This document shows, one piece after another, positions 9,218 to 20,000 of a stretch of DNA of 64,000 nucleotides. Where the stretch lies: the IMG/VR virus record IMGVR_UViG_3300021256_000085, positions 21,736 through 85,735 of that record; one strand, written 5' to 3'. The position numbers were made by a program, and so were the translations under genes. Position 1 is the stretch's first letter. Each line of letters opens with the position of its first letter. The notes below the pieces were generated by a model that saw only the letters and a list, made by a program, of their open reading frames with translations, did no database searches and was not told where the DNA came from. This DNA comes from a virus. Lineage: Duplodnaviria > Caudoviricetes.

Positions 9218-9514
9218 ATGAAAGAACAAGAACTTAGTGGCAAAATAAAAGAACTCAAAAGTTTAAGAGAAAAATATCGGTATTTTCAAGTTGGTATTGA
9301 TACTATAAAAAAAGAATTTTTAAATCCTCCTTATGACTATCCAAATCTTGACAGAGACATTTGGGAAAAACAAACAATAGAAGAAATAAAATCTAGAGGG
9401 CAAGTATTAAAGGATCTTGAAGAACAAATAAGAGAAGTAAAGAAACATATCAAGAAACTAAATAAAGAACAAAATGAGAGAAATAATACCAAACAATTTA
9501 GAGCAGGTAATTGA
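9218..9514 (+). CDS. hypothetical coiled-coil protein
   Basis: ORF track. Confidence 0.6.
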   Translation: MKEQELSGKIKELKSLREKYRYFQVGIDTIKKEFLNPPYDYPNLDRDIWEKQTIEEIKSRGQVLKDLEEQIREVKKHIKKLNKEQNERNNTKQFRAGN

Positions 9515-9737
9515 ATATTTAGATAAAGAACTTACTAAAAGAGATAAAGAATATCTTTTAGAAAATGGGGCATTATCAGTTCATCATTCATTAGGAAGAT
9601 GGATTCGTAATAATTGGGGATTTTGGAATGAAGAAGATAATGAACTTAAAGCTAATTTAAAGAAATTGGGTTATGAACATCCTGATGATATGTCAAATTA
9701 TATAATAGAACAGTATATAGAACATTTGAAGAATTAA
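9474..9737 (+). CDS. hypothetical protein (DUF6794-like)
   Basis: HHSLGRWIRNNWGFW...HPDDMS motif. Confidence 0.5.
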   Translation: MREIIPNNLEQVIEYLDKELTKRDKEYLLENGALSVHHSLGRWIRNNWGFWNEEDNELKANLKKLGYEHPDDMSNYIIEQYIEHLKN

Positions 9738-9738
9738 T

Positions 9739-10041
9739 ATGAGCAGACGAAGATTTAAAATAACAATTCAATACGATAGCAATGTAGGATATACCGGAAA
9801 AGATATAATTTATTGTCTTCAAAATAATTCATCTGACTATAGATATTTTCTCGATGAAAATGGAAATTTTATAGAATGCTATGGTACAGATTCGTGTTGT
9901 GACTATTTGGCATATGCACTTAAGCTTGAAACTTTTATAGACAAGATATTCCCAAATGGTGAGTGGTGGGATTGTAAAGTTGAAGAAATTGGATTTAGTG
10001 AATTACCTGAACTAATAAAAGAAAAATATGACAGAGGATAA
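9739..10041 (+). CDS. hypothetical protein
   Basis: ORF track. Confidence 0.6.
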   Translation: MSRRRFKITIQYDSNVGYTGKDIIYCLQNNSSDYRYFLDENGNFIECYGTDSCCDYLAYALKLETFIDKIFPNGEWWDCKVEEIGFSELPELIKEKYDRG

Positions 10042-10148
10042 TATGAATAAAAAGAAAAAACTATTTGAACCTATAAGACGTGGAGCACCAAGTTTGCTAT
10101 TTGATTTCGCGGAGGCATTAAAGAAAATAGAAGCTGAAAAGGAAGAAA

Positions 10149-10367
10149 TTGAAAATATATATAAACAAAAATTATATGAAAGAAACAATGAATAAAACAA
10201 TTAATGGGTTATTATCTTGGGCTATATATTCTTTAGTAGTTTGTATCTTATTAGGTATTGCTGAACCAGATTTAACAGTAAGACAATATGTAGGATATTC
10301 ATTTATGTTTGGTTTACTTATTGGATCAATCAATAATTTAGAAAGGGTGATACGTGAAACACATTAG
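10149..10367 (+). CDS. small membrane protein (two hydrophobic segments; true start may be downstream)
   Basis: LLSWAIYSLVVCILLGI and VGYSFMFGLLIG. Confidence 0.5.
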   Translation: MKIYINKNYMKETMNKTINGLLSWAIYSLVVCILLGIAEPDLTVRQYVGYSFMFGLLIGSINNLERVIRETH

Positions 10368-10393
10368 AAAATATTAATAAAGAATATAAAGAT

Positions 10394-10651
10394 ATGGATA
10401 ATATTAACGAATTATTAGGATTAGGTAAAACAAGATTACAAAAATTAATTAATGCATTAGAAGTAAAGCATTGGGATGAATTACATGTAAGTGGACAACA
10501 TGCTATTACTACATTAATTGAGGCAATTGATTATATTGAAGATAATTATGATAAATTCACTGAATATAAAAGTGTTGAAAATGTGGTAAGAGATGCTGTA
10601 AATAATGCGTTAAGTGAAAGTGGATATGATTATAACAATTATAAAAATTAA
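10394..10651 (+). CDS. hypothetical protein
   Basis: ORF track. Confidence 0.6.
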   Translation: MDNINELLGLGKTRLQKLINALEVKHWDELHVSGQHAITTLIEAIDYIEDNYDKFTEYKSVENVVRDAVNNALSESGYDYNNYKN

Positions 10652-10658
10652 TTAATGT

Positions 10659-11030
10659 ATGGACAATAAAGAATTTGATTATACAAGACTTAAAGCATTA
10701 ATGGTAAAGGTGCAAGAGTTTATTCATACTTTACCTAATAAAATGGATGAAAATAATGGTTTCTCAATGATTCTTGTGGCGAGAGATGTGATGAATGGGG
10801 TTTCAGGTATATGTACATTAACAGATGAAAAAGATGCAAGAGAATCAATTGTACAATGTTTTGATAAGGCTTTATCTAAATCATTAGAAGGTAAAAAGGA
10901 TAATGAGGAAGCATTTGAAGTTGTAAATGGAATGGCAGAATATATAATGAGGTTATGTGCTATGTTTCCTGAACTTTATGATAATTTTCAAAAAGGTGTA
11001 GAATATTATAAATCAAAGAATGAAAACTAA
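10659..11030 (+). CDS. hypothetical protein
   Basis: ORF track. Confidence 0.65.
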   Translation: MDNKEFDYTRLKALMVKVQEFIHTLPNKMDENNGFSMILVARDVMNGVSGICTLTDEKDARESIVQCFDKALSKSLEGKKDNEEAFEVVNGMAEYIMRLCAMFPELYDNFQKGVEYYKSKNEN

Positions 11031-11077
11031 TGAATGATTTTGATATTATTTTTAAATAAATAATTTATATAATCATA

Positions 11078-11742
11078 ATGATTTCGTTATTAGAAAATAT
11101 ATACTTGAATCAATATCATCTAAAGAACTTATTAAAGATATAGAAATTAAAAAAGTAAAAGACAATACCAATATAGTATCAAAAAATATACAATGATTAG
11201 GTGTAAATGATATTGATGAACTATATTTATTTCAATATTCAGATCATTATCAATTAATATATAAAGAACAAATATTAGGTGTATTTGGTTTATATGATTT
11301 TAAGAATAGCCCACAAGATAGAATTAGCAGATGGGTATATCAATTTTTCTCAGAAATATATCCAGATTCTGATAAATTCAATAAATTAAGTTTATATGTT
11401 ACTTATCTATTAATGTTTCCAAATGCATCTAAAATGTTGGATATTAATTCAATTGCCACAATTAAAGTATTTTTTGATAAATTAAAAAAATACAGTGAAT
11501 CATTAGGTAAAGAATTTATTATTGCAAATGGTAAAGATGATAAAACAACAAAACTTTATGCTAAATGTGGTGGCTTCAAACGATATATTGAATTTTATCC
11601 AGATGAATATTTAAAATCAGTTAAGAATGATGATATCCATAATATCGTTATTCAAACAGGTGTAATATTTTCAATACATAATAAATATTCAGAACTTAAG
11701 TTTAAAAATTACAATAAATTTTCAAATAATAAAAGACATTAA
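11078..11742 (+). pseudogene. disrupted leader-bearing gene, possibly GNAT-like (frameshift after ATG 11078; in-frame TGA 11194-11196)
   Basis: The frame of 11413..11742 reads upstream as IRKYILESISSK...SKNIQ*LGVNDIDE...; ATG ATT TCG at 11078 is out of frame; C-terminal TTKLYAKCGGF resembles GNAT motif B. Confidence 0.6.
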
Positions 11743-11857
11743 ACTATATCAAATTCCATCTATTATAATAGATGGAATTTTTGTAAGTTATTATTTTAAA
11801 TGTGGATGTTTAAGTTTTCTATATTTAAATGAATTATAATTGTTTTAAGTATAGAAT

Positions 11858-12616
11858 ATGGATGGATTTGATAAAAAAATATTTGATGTTTATTTAGATA
11901 AATTAGCACAAGAAGCTCGTAAAAATCAAGAGTTTCGCCAATATATAGAACAAAAAGCAAAACGAGAAGCTATATATAAAAAAATTACCAAAGACATAAA
12001 GTTTGTAAGTAAATTTGTCAAGAAATGTCAATCTCGTCAAACCGGTGAGAAAACAGTATTCTATGATATTGATATTGAGAAAATGCCTTTGTCAAAACCT
12101 TATGGAGAATTTCATAATCTAATCAATAAATATAATAAAATTATTGGTAGAAGTACTAATTTAAGTATGTATGCTTGTATTAAGTATGATGAATTACTTG
12201 ACAACTCAATATTGACTTATATTATTCCAGCTGTAAAATGGGCTTATGAGAATTATGTCAGGGAAAATTTCTATGGGAAAGAAATAGAATTTGAGGGAGA
12301 AATATGCAAGGCTTTTCAAATTGATTGGTTTGATGAAGTATACGTTGCCGATGAGAAGATTCCGACAACATTCCAAAAGAAAATTGAAGAAATAGAAGAG
12401 AAATATCGAAACAAACCATATTGTAATTATTATGAGAAATATAATCCAGAAAGTTGGGAAATGGCCTGGATTGATTACGTTGAAAGATATGATATACATA
12501 GATATGTCTTTGATTGTCAAAATATGAGAAAACACCCCAAAGAATATCCACATATTAAGAATCATAAGGAATACTTAAAAGAAGCAGAGAAAATATTGCA
12601 TAAGAAATTTATATAA
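11858..12616 (+). CDS. hypothetical protein
   Basis: 252-aa ORF after a CTATATT motif. Confidence 0.7.
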   Translation: MDGFDKKIFDVYLDKLAQEARKNQEFRQYIEQKAKREAIYKKITKDIKFVSKFVKKCQSRQTGEKTVFYDIDIEKMPLSKPYGEFHNLINKYNKIIGRSTNLSMYACIKYDELLDNSILTYIIPAVKWAYENYVRENFYGKEIEFEGEICKAFQIDWFDEVYVADEKIPTTFQKKIEEIEEKYRNKPYCNYYEKYNPESWEMAWIDYVERYDIHRYVFDCQNMRKHPKEYPHIKNHKEYLKEAEKILHKKFI

Positions 12617-12624
12617 AAAAGAAT

Positions 12625-12975
12625 ATGAAAAGTCTTAGAGAAACACTTGAAACAAGAGATATTGTCATAACCTTACCAAGTAAGATTGAATGGTCAGATT
12701 ATGAAAAAGAACTTGAGACGGTAAAAGATGAATCTCAAGTAATGAATTTTAAAGTACCATTTCTACCTAAATATAAGCCTGAAAAAGTCTATATTTGTCA
12801 TAGAGGTAATATTATAGGATGGATGAAATGTTGTGGGATGGTTGATGGAAAATCATTTGATTGTACAACAACTGGTCAACATTGGGAAGGAAAATTTATT
12901 CAACGTACAGGAGAATTCCATAAGATTGAACCAATCCCAATGAAAGGATTCCAAGGATTTAGATATTTTGAATAA
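12625..12975 (+). CDS. hypothetical protein with short leader MKSLRETLE; possibly PUA/ASCH-like
   Basis: Beta-rich; C-terminal MKGFQGFRYF. Confidence 0.4.
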   Translation: MKSLRETLETRDIVITLPSKIEWSDYEKELETVKDESQVMNFKVPFLPKYKPEKVYICHRGNIIGWMKCCGMVDGKSFDCTTTGQHWEGKFIQRTGEFHKIEPIPMKGFQGFRYFE

Positions 12976-13005
12976 ATAAAAACATAGAAATTTATTATAT
13001 AACAA

Positions 13006-13953
13006 ATGAAAGATATTAAAGAATATTTATCAAGAATAACAAAACAGAATTATACAGAAAAAGATCATAGCTATATAAAAGAAGATTATGTAGGAAATAA
13101 TGAAGTTATATGTCAATTAGATAATGGAACAATATTAAATGATTTTGATGAGTTTATTAAAGAAAATCATATATCCAATATTGACAAGAATACTTATTAC
13201 TTTTTCTTAGATTCTATATATGATAATCATTTATATAAATATATAGACAATCCATATACATATTCAGATTATCAAAAAGGTGTGTATATGTTTGAAAATA
13301 TACTTCATTCGTATAGTGCAAAGAATCTATACAGTAAGTTATTAGATATATTTGGTGAAGATATCATAGATGTAAATTTTGTTAATCCTAAAAAGGAAAT
13401 AACTCAATTTAAAATTATTATAAAAGATTCATCAATATTATATAAAATACTTAATGATGATAGATTTTGGTCTACATTAAGATTATATAATTATTATGAT
13501 AAAATTATAAATGATACTGAAAATGAAGTTAGTATTATTTTAGATCCATATAAACCACAAGATATAACCAATAAAATATATAATGAATTTGATGGTATTA
13601 TTTATCATGTAACTTCACAAGAAATATACATAAATAATATCAAAGATAAAGCAATTAAACCAAAATGGAAAATACCAAATGAATACTCAAAAATCTTTAG
13701 AGATGGACGAATATTCTTTATAACAAACAATGATGAAAATAAAATACAAAATCAACTTAAGTCTATTGCAAACTTAAAAAATATACCAGATCCGATTGTA
13801 CTTAAAGTTAATTTAAAAGAATATCGAAATAAGTTAAGATTTAGAATAGATTCTTCTGCATTTAGTTATGATGCTTATTTTACAGAAGAACCAATACCAG
13901 ATTTTTGTATAACCTGTCTTGATTTAAATACATGGAAAGAATATACTTTTTAA
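13006..13953 (+). CDS. putative ADP-ribosyltransferase-fold (Tpt1/DUF952-like) protein with leader MKDIKEYL
   Basis: IIYHVT...NIKDKAIKPK, RIFFIT, IVLKVNL, FRID...AYFTEEPIP. Confidence 0.5.
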   Translation: MKDIKEYLSRITKQNYTEKDHSYIKEDYVGNNEVICQLDNGTILNDFDEFIKENHISNIDKNTYYFFLDSIYDNHLYKYIDNPYTYSDYQKGVYMFENILHSYSAKNLYSKLLDIFGEDIIDVNFVNPKKEITQFKIIIKDSSILYKILNDDRFWSTLRLYNYYDKIINDTENEVSIILDPYKPQDITNKIYNEFDGIIYHVTSQEIYINNIKDKAIKPKWKIPNEYSKIFRDGRIFFITNNDENKIQNQLKSIANLKNIPDPIVLKVNLKEYRNKLRFRIDSSAFSYDAYFTEEPIPDFCITCLDLNTWKEYTF

Positions 13954-14028
13954 ATCCTTCATTTGTGTTTAATTAATATTTTTATTGAAGTTTTTTTACC
14001 ATTCAATTTTAATTTCTTATAATCTTCA

Positions 14029-14502
14029 TTATTTTTCAAATATAGATTTTATATACTTATAAACAACTTCTGCAAAATCTTTACGTGATTTTATTTTATC
14101 ATTTCCAAACCATATAATATTATTTTCTGATCCATGGAATCCGCCATTTGTATAATAGTCAGTGATTTCCTTTGTTGGTTCTTCTGGAATTAATGTACGA
14201 GATTTAGAATCCATAGGAAGCCATCCAATTTGGAAATGACGATTTTTTCCATAAGGTCTAGTTATAGTTGCTTTATATATTCGTACATTATAATTCTTTT
14301 TACAGAAATTGACAATATAATAAGCACCCATATTTTCTCCCTCACCTGGGTACCACGCTTTAGCAAACTCTTCTACGAATTTATCTGGTTCATAAGTATA
14401 TTGTTTATTATCTTCATACTTCAAACCTGTCTTATACAAGTTATCTGAAGTTATTCTTAGTTTCTCTTGAGATTCTAAAATATATTGCTTAATATCTTTC
14501 AT
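14029..14502 (-). CDS. hypothetical protein with leader MKDIKQYILE
   Basis: ORF track; TTATATAAATA upstream on the minus strand. Confidence 0.65.
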   Translation of the reverse strand: MKDIKQYILESQEKLRITSDNLYKTGLKYEDNKQYTYEPDKFVEEFAKAWYPGEGENMGAYYIVNFCKKNYNVRIYKATITRPYGKNRHFQIGWLPMDSKSRTLIPEEPTKEITDYYTNGGFHGSENNIIWFGNDKIKSRKDFAEVVYKYIKSIFEK

Positions 14503-14537
14503 TTCTTAATATTTATATAATTAATTAAAAATAAATT

Positions 14538-14975
14538 TTATGAAATTAATTTTATTGCGTTTTCTTTATTTATTTGGGTTCCATAATAATGCCAAAACTT
14601 TTTAGGTGAACTATTTATTCTATTAATAATTCTTTGTTTTAATAAATGATATTCTTCAATAGTTGGAATATAATCATTAAAATATTTTGTATTAATGAAC
14701 TCTTTCCAATTATTTGAATAATCTTCAATATTAAATCCTCTATTGATTAGTTCTTGATGGATTTCTTGATATCTATTATATATGAATTTTTGTTTATCTA
14801 GAAAAAACTTTACATGTCCGGTACCTAATGTAAATTGATTAGGTATTTTATTAATAGATCCACATTGTATTGATTTCTTCAAACAATTAGGAATACGTTT
14901 GATTTCTCGATGTTCAGCTAATAGATGCTCATCAGTTAATTTCTTTACAGGAATATTTGAATTAATTCTAGTCAT
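14538..14975 (-). CDS. denV: pyrimidine-dimer DNA glycosylase (T4 endonuclease V family)
   Basis: MTRIN...LTDEHLLAEHREIKRI...FTLGTGHVKFF matches T4 DenV (MTRINL...DQHLMAEYRE...LGAGHVTFF). Confidence 0.92.
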   Translation of the reverse strand: MTRINSNIPVKKLTDEHLLAEHREIKRIPNCLKKSIQCGSINKIPNQFTLGTGHVKFFLDKQKFIYNRYQEIHQELINRGFNIEDYSNNWKEFINTKYFNDYIPTIEEYHLLKQRIINRINSSPKKFWHYYGTQINKENAIKLIS

Positions 14976-15076
14976 GTTCAAGTAAATTTAAAATAATATT
15001 TAAATATAGTTATTCAATATTCTATATTATATTTATAATGTTAAAAATATTCAAAACTTATTAAATAAAAAATATT

Positions 15077-15502
15077 ATGGACCGAGATTTACAAAAACAA
15101 ATAATTGAAAGTATCAACAATGATATCAATAATGGAGAATTTGATGAAGATTTGTTACATGATTTGAAAGATACAATTGAAATAATGTCATCTCAAAATT
15201 CTATTGTTAGGAATTATAATAAATTTATTAAGTTATATAGAGAAGCTATATTGTTAGAAAATTATCTTATAGATAAGAAAGATCAGATGAATTTCGATAT
15301 TTGGCAATATTTTTGGGATAGATTATTTGAACAGGGTGGATATAGAGATCAAGTATTTAAAATTTATCCATTCAAATATTGTGATGTAGATTCATCATAT
15401 GAAGATGAAGTATCATTTTTTATGAGTGGGTGGCGTACTGCATGTGAAACCGTTCAATCATTATTAAAAGTAGAAGAAGAAATGTATGAAACAAATAAAT
15501 AA
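15077..15502 (+). CDS. hypothetical protein
   Basis: ORF track. Confidence 0.65.
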   Translation: MDRDLQKQIIESINNDINNGEFDEDLLHDLKDTIEIMSSQNSIVRNYNKFIKLYREAILLENYLIDKKDQMNFDIWQYFWDRLFEQGGYRDQVFKIYPFKYCDVDSSYEDEVSFFMSGWRTACETVQSLLKVEEEMYETNK

Positions 15503-15584
15503 AGATCGATTAAAAGGATTTGGGTGTGTCCTTATAGTATGGATTATTTTATCTATTTTATATTTTATTTTAAGTAGTTTATGA
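15486..15584 (+). CDS. small membrane peptide (32 aa)
   Basis: MKQINKDRLKGFGCVLIVWIILSILYFILSSL; ATGA coupling to 15581. Confidence 0.5.
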   Translation: MKQINKDRLKGFGCVLIVWIILSILYFILSSL

Positions 15585-15874
15585 AAGCTGAATATGGTAA
15601 ATATTATGAATTAGATAATCGTAAATCATATTTTGTTCCAGACTTACAAAGAAGAGTTAAGTTTCCTGATAAGTTATGTGTGAAATGTGATAGTGGATAT
15701 GTCTATGATGAGAGTTTTCATTTTGGGAAACTCATTAATCTTGGATTAGGTATATATTCTGATATTGTGACTAATATTGATATTGAATTTTTGGATAATG
15801 ATGTATTGAATGAATATCAATTACAAACCAATAATATAGATTGTCCTGGTAAAAGGTACATTAATTATGAATAG
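15581..15874 (+). CDS. hypothetical protein
   Basis: ORF track. Confidence 0.6.
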   Translation: MKAEYGKYYELDNRKSYFVPDLQRRVKFPDKLCVKCDSGYVYDESFHFGKLINLGLGIYSDIVTNIDIEFLDNDVLNEYQLQTNNIDCPGKRYINYE

Positions 15875-16010
15875 GAAAAAATTTGATAGATGTAAAAATG
15901 ATATATTGTATTTTATAGAGCATTATTGTTTGATTAATGGTACCCATATTAAATTAAAAGATTATCAAAAGGATATGTTAATGAAATTTAATGAACATAA
16001 ATATAAATAA
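15867..16010 (+). CDS. 47-aa ORF resembling the N-terminal segment of T4-type large terminase
   Basis: MNRKKFDRCKNDILYFIEHYCLINGTHIKLKDYQKDML versus T4 gp17 KCRDDIVYFAETYC...VQLRDYQRDML (recalled). Confidence 0.55.
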   Translation: MNRKKFDRCKNDILYFIEHYCLINGTHIKLKDYQKDMLMKFNEHKYK

Positions 16011-16062
16011 ATTATTTTTGACAACTATATACAATTAGACCCTAATAAAAGCAATAAGAATA

Positions 16063-16311
16063 ATGGCAAAAATATTTCACATAAACAAATATAAATATAA
16101 TGATGAAATAACAATAGAAGAGCGTCATTATGAATGGTATAACACAACGGAACATATTATTAATGGTGAGTTATGTTATCCTAAGTATAGAAGAACTTAT
16201 ACAGAAATAGTTGGTGTATCATTAAAAACAAATGTGGTAGTTACACATAAGCATTCTACTTATATTGATCTATTTGATGAATTAAAAGAATTGGGATATA
16301 AAATAAAGTAA
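16063..16311 (+). CDS. hypothetical protein
   Basis: ORF track. Confidence 0.6.
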   Translation: MAKIFHINKYKYNDEITIEERHYEWYNTTEHIINGELCYPKYRRTYTEIVGVSLKTNVVVTHKHSTYIDLFDELKELGYKIK

Positions 16312-16351
16312 AAATATTATTTTTATATAAAATATACTTACTTTAATATTT

Positions 16352-16633
16352 ATGAAAGAACTTAATAATTTTATAAATGAAAAATTGATAGTTGGTAAAA
16401 ATATCATTCATACAGTAAAATCTAAATACACTCTTAAAGATCTTCAAGAAGCATTAAATTATTATGAAGAATATTATGATGAATTTCCTGAAGAAAAAGG
16501 TGAATATCCTAATTGGGGAGAACTTGATAATTTTTTCAGTAATGAAAAATGGTGTGAAGCTTTGATGAATGGAGAAGATGATTCCCTTGTAAAAATTGTG
16601 GATGCAATATTTGATATATTATATAAAAAATAA
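16352..16633 (+). CDS. small acidic protein with extended leader MKELNNFINE-KLIVGKNIIH
   Basis: Shared leader; TATTTTTATATA at 16318. Confidence 0.7.
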   Translation: MKELNNFINEKLIVGKNIIHTVKSKYTLKDLQEALNYYEEYYDEFPEEKGEYPNWGELDNFFSNEKWCEALMNGEDDSLVKIVDAIFDILYKK

Positions 16634-16653
16634 TATTCAAATAAATAATTTTT

Positions 16654-16983
16654 ATGAAACAATTACAAGAATATATTATGAATGAAAAATTAATAATTGG
16701 TAAAAATATCATTCATAAAAAAGATAAACGATTTCAGAATGATGATCCTTGGACTGAAGATTGTTTATCAAAACTTCAAAATAAATATGATTCTAAATAT
16801 GTAGTTGTATTATCAAGATTAGGTGCTATTGCATTTTATAAAGGTCGTACTCAATCTTTAAAAAATTGTATTTGTATTCTTTGGGGAATTGATAAAAATG
16901 GAGAATTAATAGGAGATTGGGGACCTAATGAAAATTTAAAATCAACATTAGGAAAAGAAATACTTGAGACATTATTAAATTAA
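16654..16983 (+). CDS. hypothetical protein with extended leader MKQLQEYIMNE-KLIIGKNIIHK
   Basis: Shared leader. Confidence 0.7.
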   Translation: MKQLQEYIMNEKLIIGKNIIHKKDKRFQNDDPWTEDCLSKLQNKYDSKYVVVLSRLGAIAFYKGRTQSLKNCICILWGIDKNGELIGDWGPNENLKSTLGKEILETLLN

Positions 16984-17016
16984 ACTTCTAAAATTTGATT
17001 TTAGAAGTTTTTTTTT
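16982..17016 (+). terminator. intrinsic terminator
   Basis: AAACTTCTAAAA / TTTTAGAAGTTT stem plus T-run. Confidence 0.75.
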
Positions 17017-17053
17017 ATTTTTATATATATAATATTATTTATTAAACATATAT

Positions 17054-20000
17054 ATGAAATCATTATCTAATTATTCAAAAACACAATTAAACTATTTTAA
17101 TTCATTTAATAGTACTAATATATATAACCAACAAATTGCTTTAAATGAATCTCAATTAATATTATCACATGGATCTAATATTGATTCAGTTTTGTATAAG
17201 TTGAATAAATGTACTTCAAGATATAATGAGAATTTATTTTTTGAAAATCAAGATGACGTATTATTTACTATAGATGAGCAATATGCAGCTCGTGATATAT
17301 TATTGTTGACTTGTAAATTATATGTTGAATCATTATGTGAAGAATATAATATTGAAGTTCCAATTTTAGAGTCTACTGAAGATACAGTTAAAAATCTTAA
17401 AGGATTTATCAATAAAGTTGGTCAATATGCAAAAGAAAAGGGTGAAGAATTTAAGGATGAGGTAAATAAAATTGGTGATAGAATTAAAGCTGTTAAAGAA
17501 TTCATTCAACAAATTACTTCTAAAGCAATTAAGAGTGCTAAAGAATTAGCTGAGAAATTCTTAGATTTAATGATTTCATTAAAGAGTCGTTTATCAGATA
17601 TATTATCTAAATTAGGTGCTAAGATTGATGAAATCCAAGAAGAATTTAAAGAAAGTATTCTTAATGTTATCAATAATAAAGCTGATAGACCTAAAGAAAA
17701 TATTTATGAGAATTTACAAAATGCTTTGAAATCCGGTCGTCAATTAGATGAAGATTTAATTTTAGAGTTTTCATTGTTTGGTAAAAAGAAATCTAAGGAG
17801 GATGGTGATAATAAAGATGAAAAGTCTAAAGGTAGAAATGAATATGAAAAATCACTTGATCCAGATAAGAAAAAAGGAATTAAATCTAAAGGCAAGACAA
17901 TCATTGTTGGTATATTGAAGCAAATTGCTATATCAACAACTATATTAGTTTTATTACCTTCATTAATAGGATGTGTTTGGGGTCCAGCTGCCGCTATGAT
18001 TGCCGCAACCATTGCAAAAGCAGCTATGACTGGATATGGTTTCTATAGACTTTGTAAAAACATTTATTTGACTATTAAATCTTCAGAGTGGAAAGAAAAA
18101 TCCAAGTGGGCTAAATTAGGTCATGTGATTATTTGGATGTTGTCATTTGCTTTATTAGCATGGGGAGCATCAAAAATGAAAAATGATTTTGTGAAGATTT
18201 GGGATGCATTCTCTAAAGGAAACTTAAAAACTTTGGTACCAGATGAAATGGTCCAAGGTGGTATGAAAATCATCAATAATATTTATAAAGCTTTGACTGG
18301 TAAAGATACTCCTGGATTTGAAGAATTACAAAAAATAACTACTGAAGGTATCACTACATGGGAAAGCAAAGAAGAAGTCAAAGGAAAAACTAATGATAAT
18401 TTCACTTCTAAAGAACTTAAAAACTTAGGTGATACAAATGATTTCAAGAATATTGAAAACAACTTAGGTAAAGAAGTTACTGATGAATTGAAGAAAGCAA
18501 CTGAAGCTACTTTAAAATCTTCAAAGAGTGTACAAGATGCTTTCACCAATGCGGTTGATCCTTCTAAACTTCCATCAGATACACATATTGTATTTGTAGA
18601 TGGTAATACCGCAGCTAAAATGGTCAGAACTGGGTTGATTGGTAATACTAATGGTGCTGAGGTTGCTGTTAACCAAATTACAAATACTTCATTACAAGCA
18701 GCTACAAATGGCCAAGCTGGTACAATGTTCATGGTTGCTATAAAAGGTTCTAAAGATGCCGCTACAGATATTCTTTCACAAGCTTCATCAGCTGCTGGTA
18801 AGCATGGTGTTGATTTCTTAGGTAAAATGATTAGCGGTACGGCTACAGAAACAGTTGTAACACAAGTTCCACATACAGTTGCCGCTACTGCCGGTGGTTT
18901 TGCTCCTATTGTTGGGTTACCTATTATTACAAAGAAAAAAGTCGATAAAGGATTTTTACTTAGATTAGGTTCTTCTCGTTCTAAAAATAAAGTTTATATT
19001 ATTAGAGAAAATGATATCAAAGGTATGGCTTTTAAAGATATTGAATCTAAATATGGATCTAATAATACATCTGTATTTGAAGAGATGAAGAAGATTATCA
19101 ATAAAAATTACAAGACTTTAGAAAAGGCTAAAGAAAATTTAGAGAAAAAATCTAATCCAAGTAAATCTGAGAAAAAATTAATTGAAGGTATTACTAAGCA
19201 ATTAGAGAAAATGAAAGATGGAATATCTGAATATGAATGTTTAGTATTTTTTTCAAAAAAAGATGTTGAAAGTCAAAATACAGAGAATCAAACAAATGAA
19301 GGATTATTAAATAAACTATTTGGTAAAAAAGATAAACCAGAAGTTAAAGAAATTGAATATCAACCTGTAATGTTTATAAATCCTATTTGTATGGCTTGTG
19401 GTGATTTAGCTAATATTACTGAGAAAAAAGGTCCTCGTAAAAATCCAATCTATTTGAAAGGACTTTTTGCAAGTTATGAATTCTTGCCAGGTGAAGAAGG
19501 AATGACTGAGAAAGATATTAATGAAATGCTTCAATCCATTGCATTGGAATCTCTTAAGACAGCTTGGAATATGAGTGCAGATGCCCCATGTACTAAGAAA
19601 GCATTCAAGAAATATGTTGAGAATGAAGAATCTATATTCAAAGATCAACCTCGTGATGATTTTGGTAAACTGACAAATAGTGAAATTACCGAAATATTCA
19701 ATAATCCATCTTCAATCACTAAATATATGGGTGGTAAATATTCTACTAAGAGTACTGTTGAGAAAGAAAACACAGAAAATCAAAAGAAACGTAAAGAGAA
19801 TGCTAAGAAGGAATGGAAAGACAATATTGAGAATAATGATGAAATAAAGAAAATTATTGATGATTCACCTTCATTGAAGAAAAACTTGGTTGATAATGAT
19901 GGTAAAGTAAAAGATGGTGCATTAGATGATTTAAGCGATGCTTTCTTGAGAATGGAGACATCTTATAATAAAGGTAAATCTAAAAAATCTCTTTGGAAAC

